From a bacterium (GTDB taxonomy: Bacteria > Auribacterota > UBA3054), in assembly GCA_017539325.1 (NCBI GenBank), contig JAFYHD010000104.1, forward strand, positions 1 through 47,299: 47,299 nt of DNA, written 5' to 3'. The notes beneath the pieces were generated by a model, which had not been told where the DNA came from, did not search any database, and saw only the letters and a program-made list of their open reading frames with translations. A program made the translations under genes and the position numbers. The stretch's first letter is position 1, and each line of letters starts with the position of its first letter. This document shows positions 27,196 through 36,535 of this stretch, one piece after another.

Positions 27196-29019
27196 TCAGA
27201 ACCAGGGGGCGTTGTTCTTGAATTTGCCCTGGCTGTCAAGGAAGATGTTGGTCGAGGCCTCGTAGTCCCCAATTTTGACCTTGAAAGGCACCGAAGAATT
27301 GAAGGGAATATTCTGCAGTCCCTCGCAGTAGGCGCTGCTGGTGGTCAGGGTCTTCAGATTGCACTGGAAGAAGTCCTTGTTCGGCTTGGAGTGGATCTTG
27401 CCGGCGACCTTGTCGTCGCTCGTTTTCTTCTTGTAGTTCGAGACGAAGGTGTTGGCTTTCGTCCAGGCGCCCTGCTCCAAGGGGAAGGTCAGCGGACCTA
27501 TGGTCACGCTTCCCTCTCCGTTGGGCGCCACCCACACCAGGTTCGTCTGGGTGATGTTGGAGATGTAGAAGTTGAGGCCGGTGCGCTTCTTGTTCACGAT
27601 GACTTTCTTGATCCTGAAATCCTTGCTGCCCCGGAATACCGTGATTGAAACGTTGTTGGTCAGATGGTGGCCGCTGACGGCGTAAACGCGCAGGACGTTA
27701 TTGCCCTTATAAAGCTTGGCCGTGAAGGCCCAGTTCACGCAGTTGGTCGAAACGTAGGTGTCCCCTTCCCCTCTCTGGCCCTTGACGGACAGGTAGACGT
27801 TGCTGACGCCGCTGTCGGCGTAGGCCGTGCCGTAGATGTCCACAGTCTCTTCGTAGGTGAAGTATTTCTCGCCGGCCTTGTGCGAGAGGATCTCGATCTC
27901 GGGCTTGGTCTCTTTCGGAACTCTCAGGTTGACGAACGCCCAGTTGGTGTAGCCGTTGTTGGCGATGGCGTAAGCCTTGATCTTATTGGCGCCTTCCTCG
28001 AGGTTCAGCTCGCACTGCCAGTTGGTGGTTCCTTCCGCGACGAAGTCTTTTGTTCCGCTGGCGGAGACTTGTTTAACGGTCACTTTCTTGATACCGTCAG
28101 CAAATTCCGCCGTTCCGGTAAGGGTATATTTTCCCTGGACCGCCGGAACCTCATCCTCGCCCTCGTCCTTCCCGTCAAGGATGATCTTGATGTCCGGGAA
28201 GAGCGCCAGCTGCTTGGAGAAGTGGTCGAGATGCTCTGGGATCCTGGCACGCCAGTATTTCCAGTCGTGCTCTCCGTCGGGCCTTATGTAAACAAGATCA
28301 ACGTCTCTTCTACGTCCTAGATCCATAAGGCAATTGGCCATATCCATGTTTATATTCGCCAGATTATAAGTACTCAGCCAGACGTCCTGGTTGCCGCAAT
28401 CCATACGAAGCTTGATGAATTTCTTGGGGGCGACGGCCGCGGCCACCTCGTTAGTATGGAGGGTGCTGACGCCGTCCAAAAGTTTGCTGATCTTGGGCCC
28501 CACGAAGGCGCCGCTCATGGAGGAGGCGGCGCAGTAGCGGCAGTTGAAATAGGCGTCGCAGCAGCCGGCGATCCTGAAGGCCGCGTAGCCGCCCATACTG
28601 ACGCCGCTGACGCCGCGGATGTTCTTCACGCGGTATTTCTGCGCGATGTGTTTCGGCAGGTCGCGGCACACGGCGCCCATGTAGCCGTTGCCGTACTCGA
28701 ACCAGGAGTTTTCATACACGGCGCCTTTCCAGCGGCTGCCCTGAGGGAAGATCATGATGAACTCATTGGTGTGGTCCGTGCCCATGAAGGTCGCGTAGGC
28801 TTCCTCATACCAGGTCTGGTCGCTCTCGTCGCGGCCGTGCAGGAAATAGATGACCGGATAGTACTTGTTGGTCTGCCAGTTGTAGCCGGAAGGAAGTAAG
28901 ACGCCATACCTAAGGTCTCTGCCGACGCTGTCAGAATGGTAGACCTTGTTGGTCTCCCAGACCATGGCCTGGGCGGCGAACGAGACTGTTAAAAGGAAAA
29001 AGAACAACAGTTTCTTCAT
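27196..29019 (-). CDS. Secreted alpha/beta-hydrolase esterase (esterase D / CE1-like 'putative esterase' family) with C-terminal Ig-like repeats
   Basis: 607 aa. Signal peptide 'MKKLLFFFLLTVSFAAQA'. It has 'YPVIYFLHGRDES', the nucleophile elbow 'GVSMGG' and a His context 'DGEHDW'. Two Ig-like repeats follow ('...TNWQCELNLEEGANKIKAYA' and '...VNWAFTAKLYKGNNVLRVYA'), then a further beta-rich domain. Confidence 0.8.
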   Translation of the reverse strand: MKKLLFFFLLTVSFAAQAMVWETNKVYHSDSVGRDLRYGVLLPSGYNWQTNKYYPVIYFLHGRDESDQTWYEEAYATFMGTDHTNEFIMIFPQGSRWKGAVYENSWFEYGNGYMGAVCRDLPKHIAQKYRVKNIRGVSGVSMGGYAAFRIAGCCDAYFNCRYCAASSMSGAFVGPKISKLLDGVSTLHTNEVAAAVAPKKFIKLRMDCGNQDVWLSTYNLANINMDMANCLMDLGRRRDVDLVYIRPDGEHDWKYWRARIPEHLDHFSKQLALFPDIKIILDGKDEGEDEVPAVQGKYTLTGTAEFADGIKKVTVKQVSASGTKDFVAEGTTNWQCELNLEEGANKIKAYAIANNGYTNWAFVNLRVPKETKPEIEILSHKAGEKYFTYEETVDIYGTAYADSGVSNVYLSVKGQRGEGDTYVSTNCVNWAFTAKLYKGNNVLRVYAVSGHHLTNNVSITVFRGSKDFRIKKVIVNKKRTGLNFYISNITQTNLVWVAPNGEGSVTIGPLTFPLEQGAWTKANTFVSNYKKKTSDDKVAGKIHSKPNKDFFQCNLKTLTTSSAYCEGLQNIPFNSSVPFKVKIGDYEASTNIFLDSQGKFKNNAPWF

Positions 29020-29029
29020 AAGAGTTGCC

Positions 29030-30400
29030 TCACTTGAGATTTTTTATGATCGACAGGTAGCGCTTCCTTGCGTTGTTCGCCCACTCTGTCTGTAGCTTTG
29101 CTTTCTTTTCCGGATCCGTGTATTCCTTTACGCCCAGCCCAAGAAAATCCTCGTTACTCGTAACGGGATGCTCGAAGAACAGCTTTTTCCAAGTGTCGTC
29201 ATCTTTGAGATCCTTCACCAATTTCCAAGCTTTAGTGCATTCAGTTATCTCGTCAACGAAAAGGATCCCGATGTAATCCCTGAAGATGTTCATTCTAGCC
29301 GAGGCGTCAGCTATATTATAGCGAAATTTCGACTCCATTTTAAAGGGAGAATTTTTCAGCATCGCGCCGCCGGGGTACTTATCGTACATGTAGGGGCAGA
29401 CCGACATCTTCAGCAGCGCGTATTCTTTCGGCGCGTCCGGGTCCGTTCCCGGGAACAGCGACCAGAGTTTCTGGCCTTTCTCGGACAAATTGAAAAGGAT
29501 GAATTCGCGCGCGAGTTCGGGTTCGGGCGCGCCTTTCAGGAGCGCTATGGCGTCCGGCGTTATGACCGTTTCCCCGGGAGGCAGTAGAAATCCCAGCCGC
29601 TCTTCGCCCGCGTCCATAATGGCGTTCAGGGCGTAAACGTCGATGCAGAGCCCGAAGGCCGCCTCTCCCAGCGCCACGTCCTTGGGAATGCTTCCGGCGT
29701 TCCCGGAGAACGACCGGCAGTTGCCGCTCATGGCGCTTATGATCTTCATCCCCTCGTCCCAGCCAAAACGCTGCACGATGATCTCGTACATCATGAAGAC
29801 GGAGCCCGACTTTCTCGGGTCGGCGGAGGCGATCCAGGAAAAAGCCTCGGGCTTCGCCAGATCGCTCCAGCTCTTCGGCTCGTCTATGCCGAGCTTTTTC
29901 AATAAAACTTTGTTGTAGATTATCCCGAAGCCTGACAGCCCCACGCCGTACCAATAGCCTTCATTGTCAAAGGTAGGCACTCCAGCGCAGTCTTTGCCGA
30001 TCGTGGACAAGAGCTCCTCAGGCAGTTCGCAGGGAGCCAAAAGCCCGTCCTTCTTGAGGGCCAGATACGGATCGGTGCCGCCTCCGTAAAGCAGATCGAC
30101 GCCGATGCCGTCCGGTTTGTTCTGAAAAGAGGAGCGGATATAGCGGATGATATCGGAAGTGCCGCCCACGTCGAGCCAGTCGAATTTTACGGGCGCCTCT
30201 CCCCTATCAACTCTGTTGCTGTTGAATGCTTTCTCAACTTCATTCCTGACGCCCTCCCAGTGCGGGGAAAGGATCGTCAGCGTTCCGGCGTAAGAAATGG
30301 AGCCGCCTCCCTTGCCCGCCTCCCGGAGGCTTTTTCGCAGGAAAAAGCCTCCTATGGCAACGGACAAAGCTAAAAGAAGAATGAGAGAGCTTAAGCGCAT
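29030..30400 (-). CDS. ABC-type periplasmic solute-binding protein (family 1, Fe3+/polyamine-like), membrane-anchored, orphan
   Basis: 456 aa with an N-terminal TM helix 'LILLLALSVAIGGFF'. The SBP-like core has 'LTILSPHWEGVRNEVEKAF' and 'GIIYNKVLLKKLGI..PKSWSDL'. No permease or ATPase gene is adjacent. Confidence 0.7.
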   Translation of the reverse strand: MRLSSLILLLALSVAIGGFFLRKSLREAGKGGGSISYAGTLTILSPHWEGVRNEVEKAFNSNRVDRGEAPVKFDWLDVGGTSDIIRYIRSSFQNKPDGIGVDLLYGGGTDPYLALKKDGLLAPCELPEELLSTIGKDCAGVPTFDNEGYWYGVGLSGFGIIYNKVLLKKLGIDEPKSWSDLAKPEAFSWIASADPRKSGSVFMMYEIIVQRFGWDEGMKIISAMSGNCRSFSGNAGSIPKDVALGEAAFGLCIDVYALNAIMDAGEERLGFLLPPGETVITPDAIALLKGAPEPELAREFILFNLSEKGQKLWSLFPGTDPDAPKEYALLKMSVCPYMYDKYPGGAMLKNSPFKMESKFRYNIADASARMNIFRDYIGILFVDEITECTKAWKLVKDLKDDDTWKKLFFEHPVTSNEDFLGLGVKEYTDPEKKAKLQTEWANNARKRYLSIIKNLK

Positions 30401-30403
30401 GAA

Positions 30404-31399
30404 TTATTCAGTGACAGCGGTAATGGCCGCGACCGTCACGATATCCTCGGGCTTGCAGCCGCGGGACAGATCGTTGACGGAGCGGGCGCAGCCCTGGAGC
30501 AGCGGGCCGAAGGCTTCCGCTTTCGCGAGCCTTTCGGTCAGCTTGTAGGCGATGTTGCCGGCGTTCAGATCCGGGAAGATCAGAACGTTGGCCTTGCCGG
30601 TGACGGGGCTGCCCGGGGCTTTCTTGGAGCCGATGGCTTCGATCAAAGCGGCGTCGGCCTGCAATTCGCCGTCCACTTTCAGTTCCGGAGCGCGCTCTTT
30701 GACGATATTGGTCGCCTCGATGACCTTGTCAACGATGGCGTCCTTGGCGCTGCCTTTGGTGGAGAAGGAAAGCATCGCGACGTAAGGTTCGACCTGAAGG
30801 ATGTTGCGGCAGGATTCGGAAGCCGCGATGGCGATGTCAGCCAGCTGTTCGGCGGTCGGGTTCGGCACCACGCCGCAGTCGGAATAGACGAAAGCGCCGT
30901 CCGCGCCGTAGGGGCAGTTCGGGACAACCATGAGGAAGTAGCTGGACAAAGTCTTGATGCCAGGTTTCGTCTTCAGAACGTGCAAAGCGGAACGAAGCAT
31001 GTTGGCCGTGGAGTTGAAGGCGCCGCCGACGTAACCGTAAGCGAGGTTCTCCTTCGTCATCATAGCGGCGATGTAAAGATGGTTTTTCATCATCTCAGCC
31101 GCCTGGTCCATAGTCAGACCTTTGGCCTTGCGCATTTCGTAGAACTTCTCAACGAAGCCGTTTTCAGCGACCACCTTGTCAGGGTCGTAGAGCGTCACGC
31201 CGTCAAGGCTGGCGCCGTTTTCCTTGGCCAGCTTGTAGACCTCGTCGGTCTTGCCGATCATGGCCACTTTGCAGAAGCCTTCCTTCACGGTCTTGTCGGC
31301 CGCTATTACCATCCTGGGATCCCAGGATTCGGACAGAATGATGGTGCGCTGCAGTTTGGCCGCGCGTTCCTTAAGTTCGGAAATAATGTTGCGACTCAT
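30404..31399 (-). CDS. pta: Phosphate acetyltransferase
   Basis: About 331 aa from the ATG at 31399, which is preceded by AAGGAG at 6-nt spacing. Motifs are '[16 protein letters not shown]', '[15 protein letters not shown]', 'DCGVVPNP', 'SFSTKGSA' and '[17 protein letters not shown]'. The track's extra 17 codons (to 31450) run into the divergent promoter region. Confidence 0.9.
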   Translation of the reverse strand: MSRNIISELKERAAKLQRTIILSESWDPRMVIAADKTVKEGFCKVAMIGKTDEVYKLAKENGASLDGVTLYDPDKVVAENGFVEKFYEMRKAKGLTMDQAAEMMKNHLYIAAMMTKENLAYGYVGGAFNSTANMLRSALHVLKTKPGIKTLSSYFLMVVPNCPYGADGAFVYSDCGVVPNPTAEQLADIAIAASESCRNILQVEPYVAMLSFSTKGSAKDAIVDKVIEATNIVKERAPELKVDGELQADAALIEAIGSKKAPGSPVTGKANVLIFPDLNAGNIAYKLTERLAKAEAFGPLLQGCARSVNDLSRGCKPEDIVTVAAITAVTE

Positions 31400-31481
31400 A
31401 TTGATACTCCTTGTATTTTTGTTTCTAAATATTCTACTAAATTCTCCCATATTTTGCCTTTAATCCGGGAAGGGGCGCTTA

Positions 31482-31490
31482 TGCTATAAT
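31482..31490 (+). promoter_or_regulatory. Candidate extended -10 element (TGCTATAAT) for the aminotransferase gene
   Basis: TGCTATAAT sits 26 nt upstream of the ATG at 31517. An SD-like GAGAGG lies between them. Confidence 0.4.
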
Positions 31491-31516
31491 TAGCCAAACA
31501 GTAGAGAGGTTATAAA

Positions 31517-32704
31517 ATGATTTCAAGACGCATGCAGAAGATGGTCGCCGCCAATTCCGTCATCAGGGCGATGTTCGAGGAAGGCCTCAAGCTCGCCAGG
31601 GAATACGGCAAAGAAAACGTTTACGATTTCAGCCTGGGCAACCCCAACGTCCCCGCTCCGGAAGCCCTAAAACAGGCTGCCCTGAAGATCCTGTCCGAAG
31701 ACGATCCCGTCAAGGTGCACGGCTATATGCCGAACGCCGGCTTCCCGGAAGTCAGAGAAAAGATCGCCCTCTCCCTGAACAAGCGTTTCGGGACCGAATT
31801 CACCTCCGCTAACATTCTGATGACCGTCGGCGCGGCCGGCGGATTGAACATCGCCCTCAAGGCTCTTCTCAACCCCGGCGACGAAGTCATCGCCTTCGCG
31901 CCTTTCTTCGGCGAATACAGAAACTACGTCGCGAACTTCGAGGGCGAACTGGTCGTCGTTCCTCCCAACACCGAAACTTTCCAGCCCGACCTCAGGTCTT
32001 TCAAGGAGCTCATCCATCCCCAGACCAAGGCCGTCATAGTAAATTCTCCGAACAACCCGACCGGCGTCGTCTACAGCGAGGAGACCGTCAAGCGCCTCGC
32101 CGCCATACTTGAGGAGAAGCAGAAGGAATTCGGCACCTCCATCTACCTCATCTCCGACGAACCGTACCGCGAGCTCGTCTACGAGGGCGCATTCGTCCCC
32201 TATCTGACCAAATACTACCGCAACACCCTGGTCGGCTACTCTTACAGCAAATCTCTCTCCATTCCCGGCGAGCGTCTGGGCTACGTGGTCGTTCCCAGTG
32301 AAGTCGACGACTTCGAGGATCTCTTCGCCGCCATGACCGTCGCCAACCGCATCCTGGGCTTCGTCAACGCCCCCAGCCTTATGCAGCTTGCTGTCGCGGA
32401 ATGCCTGGAAGAAAAGACCGACATCGCCTATTACGCCCGCAACAGGGAAACGCTCTACAACGGCCTCACCAAGCTGGGCTTCAAGTGCGTCAAGCCGGAA
32501 GGCGCCTTCTATCTCTTCATGAAGACGCCAGTGGAAGACGATTCCGCCTTCGCTCAGGCCGCCAAAAAGTTCAACATCCTCTTGGTACCAGGCAGCGCTT
32601 TCGCCTGCCCGGGCTTCGTCAGGATCGCCTACTGCGTTTCCTACGAAACGATCGTCAACTCGCTTCCCAAGTTCGCGGAACTGGCCAAGCAGTACGGTCT
32701 TTAA
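31517..32704 (+). CDS. Class I/II PLP-dependent aminotransferase (AspC/AlaA-like)
   Basis: 395 aa with 'YDFSLGNPNVP', 'NSPNNPTGVVYS', the PLP-Lys context 'YSYSKSLSIPGERLGY' and 'VRIAY'. Confidence 0.9.
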   Translation: MISRRMQKMVAANSVIRAMFEEGLKLAREYGKENVYDFSLGNPNVPAPEALKQAALKILSEDDPVKVHGYMPNAGFPEVREKIALSLNKRFGTEFTSANILMTVGAAGGLNIALKALLNPGDEVIAFAPFFGEYRNYVANFEGELVVVPPNTETFQPDLRSFKELIHPQTKAVIVNSPNNPTGVVYSEETVKRLAAILEEKQKEFGTSIYLISDEPYRELVYEGAFVPYLTKYYRNTLVGYSYSKSLSIPGERLGYVVVPSEVDDFEDLFAAMTVANRILGFVNAPSLMQLAVAECLEEKTDIAYYARNRETLYNGLTKLGFKCVKPEGAFYLFMKTPVEDDSAFAQAAKKFNILLVPGSAFACPGFVRIAYCVSYETIVNSLPKFAELAKQYGL

Positions 32705-32707
32705 AGC

Positions 32708-33355
32708 TCAGCACCAAACGATCGGCGATTTGCCGATTGAAACTAGGAATTCGTTGGCGAGTTTGAAATGACCGCAACCGAAAAATTTTCTCGCGGAAAG
32801 CGGCGAGGGATGAGCGGATTCCAGGATAAGGTTGCCTTCGGCCCTAATAACATCTTTCAATTTTCTGGCGTTGTTGCCCCAGAGGAAGAAGACCAGCCCT
32901 CCCCTTCCGCTCAATTTGCGCAGTACGCCGGAAGTGAATATTTCCCAGCCTTTGCCGGCATGGGAATTGGCCTCCCCTTCCCTGACGGTCAAGACCGTGT
33001 TCAAAAGCAGAACTCCCTGGGCGGCCCAGTTTCTCAATTCGAGTTTCGGTATTTCCCGCTCAAATTCCATTGAAAGTTCCCGCCGGATGTTCCGCAATGA
33101 GGGCGGCTCCCGGACACCCTCCGGCACGCTGAAAGCCAAGCCCTCAGCCTGGCCTTCCTCATGATAGGGATCCTGTCCCAAAATGACCGCTCTGGTCTCC
33201 TCGGGCGGGAAAAAAGAAAAGGCGCGGTACACCTTTTCCTCGGGAGGAAAAACAGCGTACCGCGCCCGTTCCGCAGCGAGAAACTCTTCCAATCGAGCGA
33301 AGCTTTCGGCCTTCGTCTCCTCAAGAAGAAATTCTCGCCACTTATCAGGAAGCAT
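32708..33355 (-). CDS. ung: Uracil-DNA glycosylase (family 1)
   Basis: 215 aa with 'VILGQDPYH', 'GLAFSV', 'GVLLLNTVLTV' and 'HPSPLSA'. Confidence 0.92.
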   Translation of the reverse strand: MLPDKWREFLLEETKAESFARLEEFLAAERARYAVFPPEEKVYRAFSFFPPEETRAVILGQDPYHEEGQAEGLAFSVPEGVREPPSLRNIRRELSMEFEREIPKLELRNWAAQGVLLLNTVLTVREGEANSHAGKGWEIFTSGVLRKLSGRGGLVFFLWGNNARKLKDVIRAEGNLILESAHPSPLSARKFFGCGHFKLANEFLVSIGKSPIVWC

Positions 33356-34152
33356 TACTTTTCTTCGATTATGGCCTTCATGTCCGGATCATTTTCCATG
33401 ACCCAGCGGTAGTGCGCCTGGCGCGTCAGCTTGGCCGCGGCCGCCTCGTCGGCGATGATGAGGGCATGCTGATGGAACTGCAGGGCGGAAGAGCTGATAA
33501 GGGAGGTCACGGGGCCTTCCACGGCCTTGGCCAGGATCTCAGCCTTGCTGGAGCCAGTGGCGAGCAAGAGGCAGGCCTTGGCGTCCAGAACGGTGCCGAC
33601 GCCCATCGTCAGGGCGTGAGTCGGAACGTTCTTGGGGTCGCCGCCGAACATTTCGCAGTTCTGCTCAAGCGTTTCCGCGGAAAGCACGACTTTCCTGGTG
33701 CGGGATGAAAGCGGAGACAAAGGCTCGTTGAAGCCGATGTGGCCGTCCACGCCGATGCCGAGGAGCTGGAGGTCGACGCCGCCCGCTTCCTTCATGGCTT
33801 TCTCATAGTTGGCGCATTCCTCGACCGCGCATTTGGCCGTGCCGCAGGGAACGTGGGTGTTGGCCTTGTCGATGTCGATGTGGTCGAAGAGATGGTAGTT
33901 CATGTAGTAGCGGTAGGAGTTCACATCCGTGCCGGGCAGTCCCCAGTATTCGTCGAGGTTGAAGGACTTGCAGCCTTTGAAGCTGATGCCTTTTTCCTTG
34001 GCGCGCTGGGCTAAGCAGGCGTAGACTCTTTCCATGGTGCGGCCGGTCGCGAGACCAAGGACCGCGTCCGGTTTGCTTTTAACGAGATCGGCGATGATCT
34101 TGGCCGTCAGCTGACAGGCGTCTTCCGTCGTTTTGCAAATGATAACTTCCAT
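33355..34152 (-). CDS. nagB: Glucosamine-6-phosphate deaminase
   Basis: 265 aa with 'VLGLATGRTMERVY', 'FNLDEY', 'LLGIGVDGHIGFNEP' and 'ALTMGVGTVLDA'. Confidence 0.92.
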   Translation of the reverse strand: MEVIICKTTEDACQLTAKIIADLVKSKPDAVLGLATGRTMERVYACLAQRAKEKGISFKGCKSFNLDEYWGLPGTDVNSYRYYMNYHLFDHIDIDKANTHVPCGTAKCAVEECANYEKAMKEAGGVDLQLLGIGVDGHIGFNEPLSPLSSRTRKVVLSAETLEQNCEMFGGDPKNVPTHALTMGVGTVLDAKACLLLATGSSKAEILAKAVEGPVTSLISSSALQFHQHALIIADEAAAAKLTRQAHYRWVMENDPDMKAIIEEK

Positions 34153-34170
34153 AATATTTCCTTTATATTT

Positions 34171-35022
34171 TTACTTTAAGAGCAGATCCTTGAGGGATTC
34201 CTCAGAAGAGAGCATTTTGCCTTTTTCGTAGAAGGGCTTGAATTCGCCGTTCTCAAACTTCGTGGCGTAGTAGATGGCCGCGAAGGTGAAATCGGGCACA
34301 GCGCCGCCCTGGCCGCCGACTATTTCGCCGCCGCGTCTGACGTTGTCGATCATCCAGCCCGGGAGGGAGAGATGATAGGGGTTCCTGCTCACTTCGCCGA
34401 TGTGGAAGGAGATGCCGGTCATCAGAGCCGCCACATCCTCAGGCTGCAGTTCGCACATAAGGTTCGGCTTGTCCATGGCACCCCAGAATTCCGTTTCCAC
34501 GAAGGTGCACTTGTAGTTGAGCTGACGGACGGCGTCCTCGACAACGTAGTGCGTGCCGATATGCGTGCCGTTCCAGTCGCCGGCGTGAGGAACGCCGATG
34601 ATGGCTGGCTGGTATTTCTCGATGATGCCTTTGATGACGTCGACTTTCTTCTGCCACTCTTCCGGATTGGCTTCCCTTTCCTTCTTGGTGACGTGCTCAA
34701 GTCCGACGCCCGGAACGGAGACTTCCAGACCGAAGTTCATGTATTCGCAGGCGGTCTTCAGTTCCGCTTCGCGGCCCAGCTGGCGGGCCTTGTTGCTGCC
34801 CAAGGTGACGGCCACGTCGATGACGTTGCAGCCTTCCTTTCTCAAACGGAGAGCCCAGCCGCCGGAGATGCATTCATCGTCCGGGTGCGGAGCGAACCAT
34901 AGGACGGTCGGACCGTCGGCGGGAGGCATAGGGAGTTTCTCGAAACCGCCGCAGGGGAAAGTTCTGCCTTCGGCGAACAGTTTGGCGTACTTCTGCGCCA
35001 GGGTAACATACGGATTTTCCAT
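34171..35022 (-). CDS. PIG-L/LmbE-family N-acetylglucosaminyl deacetylase
   Basis: 283 aa with the 'WFAPHPDDECISGG' signature (PHPDDE) and a later His-rich segment 'VPHAGDWNGTHIGTH'. Confidence 0.8.
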   Translation of the reverse strand: MENPYVTLAQKYAKLFAEGRTFPCGGFEKLPMPPADGPTVLWFAPHPDDECISGGWALRLRKEGCNVIDVAVTLGSNKARQLGREAELKTACEYMNFGLEVSVPGVGLEHVTKKEREANPEEWQKKVDVIKGIIEKYQPAIIGVPHAGDWNGTHIGTHYVVEDAVRQLNYKCTFVETEFWGAMDKPNLMCELQPEDVAALMTGISFHIGEVSRNPYHLSLPGWMIDNVRRGGEIVGGQGGAVPDFTFAAIYYATKFENGEFKPFYEKGKMLSSEESLKDLLLK

Positions 35023-35052
35023 GTTTAAAGCCTTATATTGTTTGATTAAATT

Positions 35053-36471
35053 TTATTCCTGTCCGGGAACGACAGCCAAAGAGGCGGCGGCGATAGCCTG
35101 GCCGTGGCGTTTGTCGCGTTCGCTGGGGGTGTGGAAAGCGATCTTCTCGGCGAGTTCGGGGAACTCGGCCTTCAAGGTTTCCTGCGCCTTCTCAAGGATG
35201 ATGGCGCCGCCTTCACCGCTCGTCACGCGGCCGAGGCTCAGGATGTGGCGGATATCGTAGAAGGAAGCGTAATGCGCCACGCCGTAGCCCATGAAGACGC
35301 CGATGGTGTTGTAGATCTTCCTGGCTCTGGCGTCGCCTTCCGCCATCAGCTGCTGCACGTATTTGAGTTTTTCAGGCAGCTTCAAGCTTTCGTCGCATTC
35401 GATGCCGGCGGGCTTCAGAAGACGGCCGACGCACTGTTGGGAGAAATACTGCACGCCGCAGCCAGCGTCGCCGGACCACTCGTCCTTGGGAGCGTTTTCC
35501 CTGACGTCGACGGGCGCGAAAGCGAGCTCGTTCAACCAGGTCGTGATGTTGCCCTGGGAGGTGCAGTAGCCGACGGCTTCGCTGGAACCAAGCGCAATGC
35601 CTAAGACCGCGCCGTCATTCAAAGAAATGGAGCCGGCCAGCGCCGTCACTTCGCCGTCGTTCACGACTTCGAAGGGCACCTTCCACTCGTCTCTTAATCT
35701 TAAGAAGACATCCTTGGCGGCCGCGACCTTCACGGGATCCTTAACCGGAGCGTCCAGGACGCCGCGGAACAAAGAAGCGACCTTCACTCTGTTGTCGACG
35801 TAAACGCCGGCCGCGCTGCCGCCGATGGCGTCCACTCTCGGGAGTTTCGCCTTGGCGCTGTTCAGCATGGCCATGAATTCGGAATGGTGCCATTCGGGAT
35901 CGCTTTGCTTGACAGGATCCCAGACCACTTCCTCGCTGAAGACCACTTCGCCGTCGATGACGGCCGCGACTTTACGGTCGCTGGCGCCCAGGTCGAAACC
36001 GATGCGACAGCCTTTGAAATGGCGGCCCAGAGGAGCGGTGCTCTCTTTGGGAGCGGGCAGCTGACTGGCGTCGGCGACGCTCACGACCTCGAAGGGTTTC
36101 TCGTAGATGCGGCCGCCCATGATCTCAGCGTCGAAACGGCCCACTTCGGTCTCGGTGTAATGCTTTCTAAGATAATCGGCCAGGTACGCCGGGCCGGCCA
36201 CGGTGATGCGGTAGCCGCCGCGGGACCAGAGCAGGAACTTCACCAGCCTTTCGATGAAGGCCGGATTGTACTTCGCGTAAGCGCTGGTTTCCGGGAAGAC
36301 AATGGTCTCAAAATGGAAGACCGAGCCGTTGGCCTGTTCCAGGGCGATGGTGACCGGAACTCCGCCTTCGGCCTTCGCGGCCTGCGTGAAGTTACGGACG
36401 AAAATTGAGGAGGGAGAAAATTCTGGATCGAGTTCCGGGACGATCCTGCCGCCGAATAAAGATGTGTTCAT
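35053..36471 (-). CDS. ROK/polyphosphate-glucokinase-like ASKHA sugar kinase with N-terminal extension of about 150 aa
   Basis: 472 aa with 'IGFDLGASDRKVAAV', 'AIGGSAAGVY', 'VNDGEVTALAG' and 'GIALGSSEAVGY'. The N-terminal 150 aa are not recognisable to me. Confidence 0.65.
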   Translation of the reverse strand: MNTSLFGGRIVPELDPEFSPSSIFVRNFTQAAKAEGGVPVTIALEQANGSVFHFETIVFPETSAYAKYNPAFIERLVKFLLWSRGGYRITVAGPAYLADYLRKHYTETEVGRFDAEIMGGRIYEKPFEVVSVADASQLPAPKESTAPLGRHFKGCRIGFDLGASDRKVAAVIDGEVVFSEEVVWDPVKQSDPEWHHSEFMAMLNSAKAKLPRVDAIGGSAAGVYVDNRVKVASLFRGVLDAPVKDPVKVAAAKDVFLRLRDEWKVPFEVVNDGEVTALAGSISLNDGAVLGIALGSSEAVGYCTSQGNITTWLNELAFAPVDVRENAPKDEWSGDAGCGVQYFSQQCVGRLLKPAGIECDESLKLPEKLKYVQQLMAEGDARARKIYNTIGVFMGYGVAHYASFYDIRHILSLGRVTSGEGGAIILEKAQETLKAEFPELAEKIAFHTPSERDKRHGQAIAAASLAVVPGQE

Positions 36472-36503
36472 TGTTAATCCTTTTATGTTTCGTTTTTCAA
36501 TTT

Positions 36504-36532
36504 ATTCTAGCATAAGCGTCAAAAAGATACAA
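36504..36532 (-). promoter_or_regulatory. Candidate promoter for the ROK / PIG-L / nagB / ung operon
   Basis: The minus strand reads TTGTAT (36532-36527), a 17-nt spacer ending in TGC, then TAGAAT (36509-36504). It is 32 nt upstream of the ATG at 36471, which has an AAGGA SD. It starts immediately after the stop of the preceding gene. Confidence 0.4.
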
Positions 36533-36535
36533 CGT

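Noticed and set aside
31400-31450. A 17-codon N-terminal extension of pta ('[17 protein letters not shown]') as given in the ORF track.
   Set aside because: The internal ATG at 31399 has a perfect AAGGAG SD at optimal spacing and yields a normal-length Pta beginning '[13 protein letters not shown]'. The extension is AT-rich promoter-like DNA shared with the divergent aminotransferase gene.
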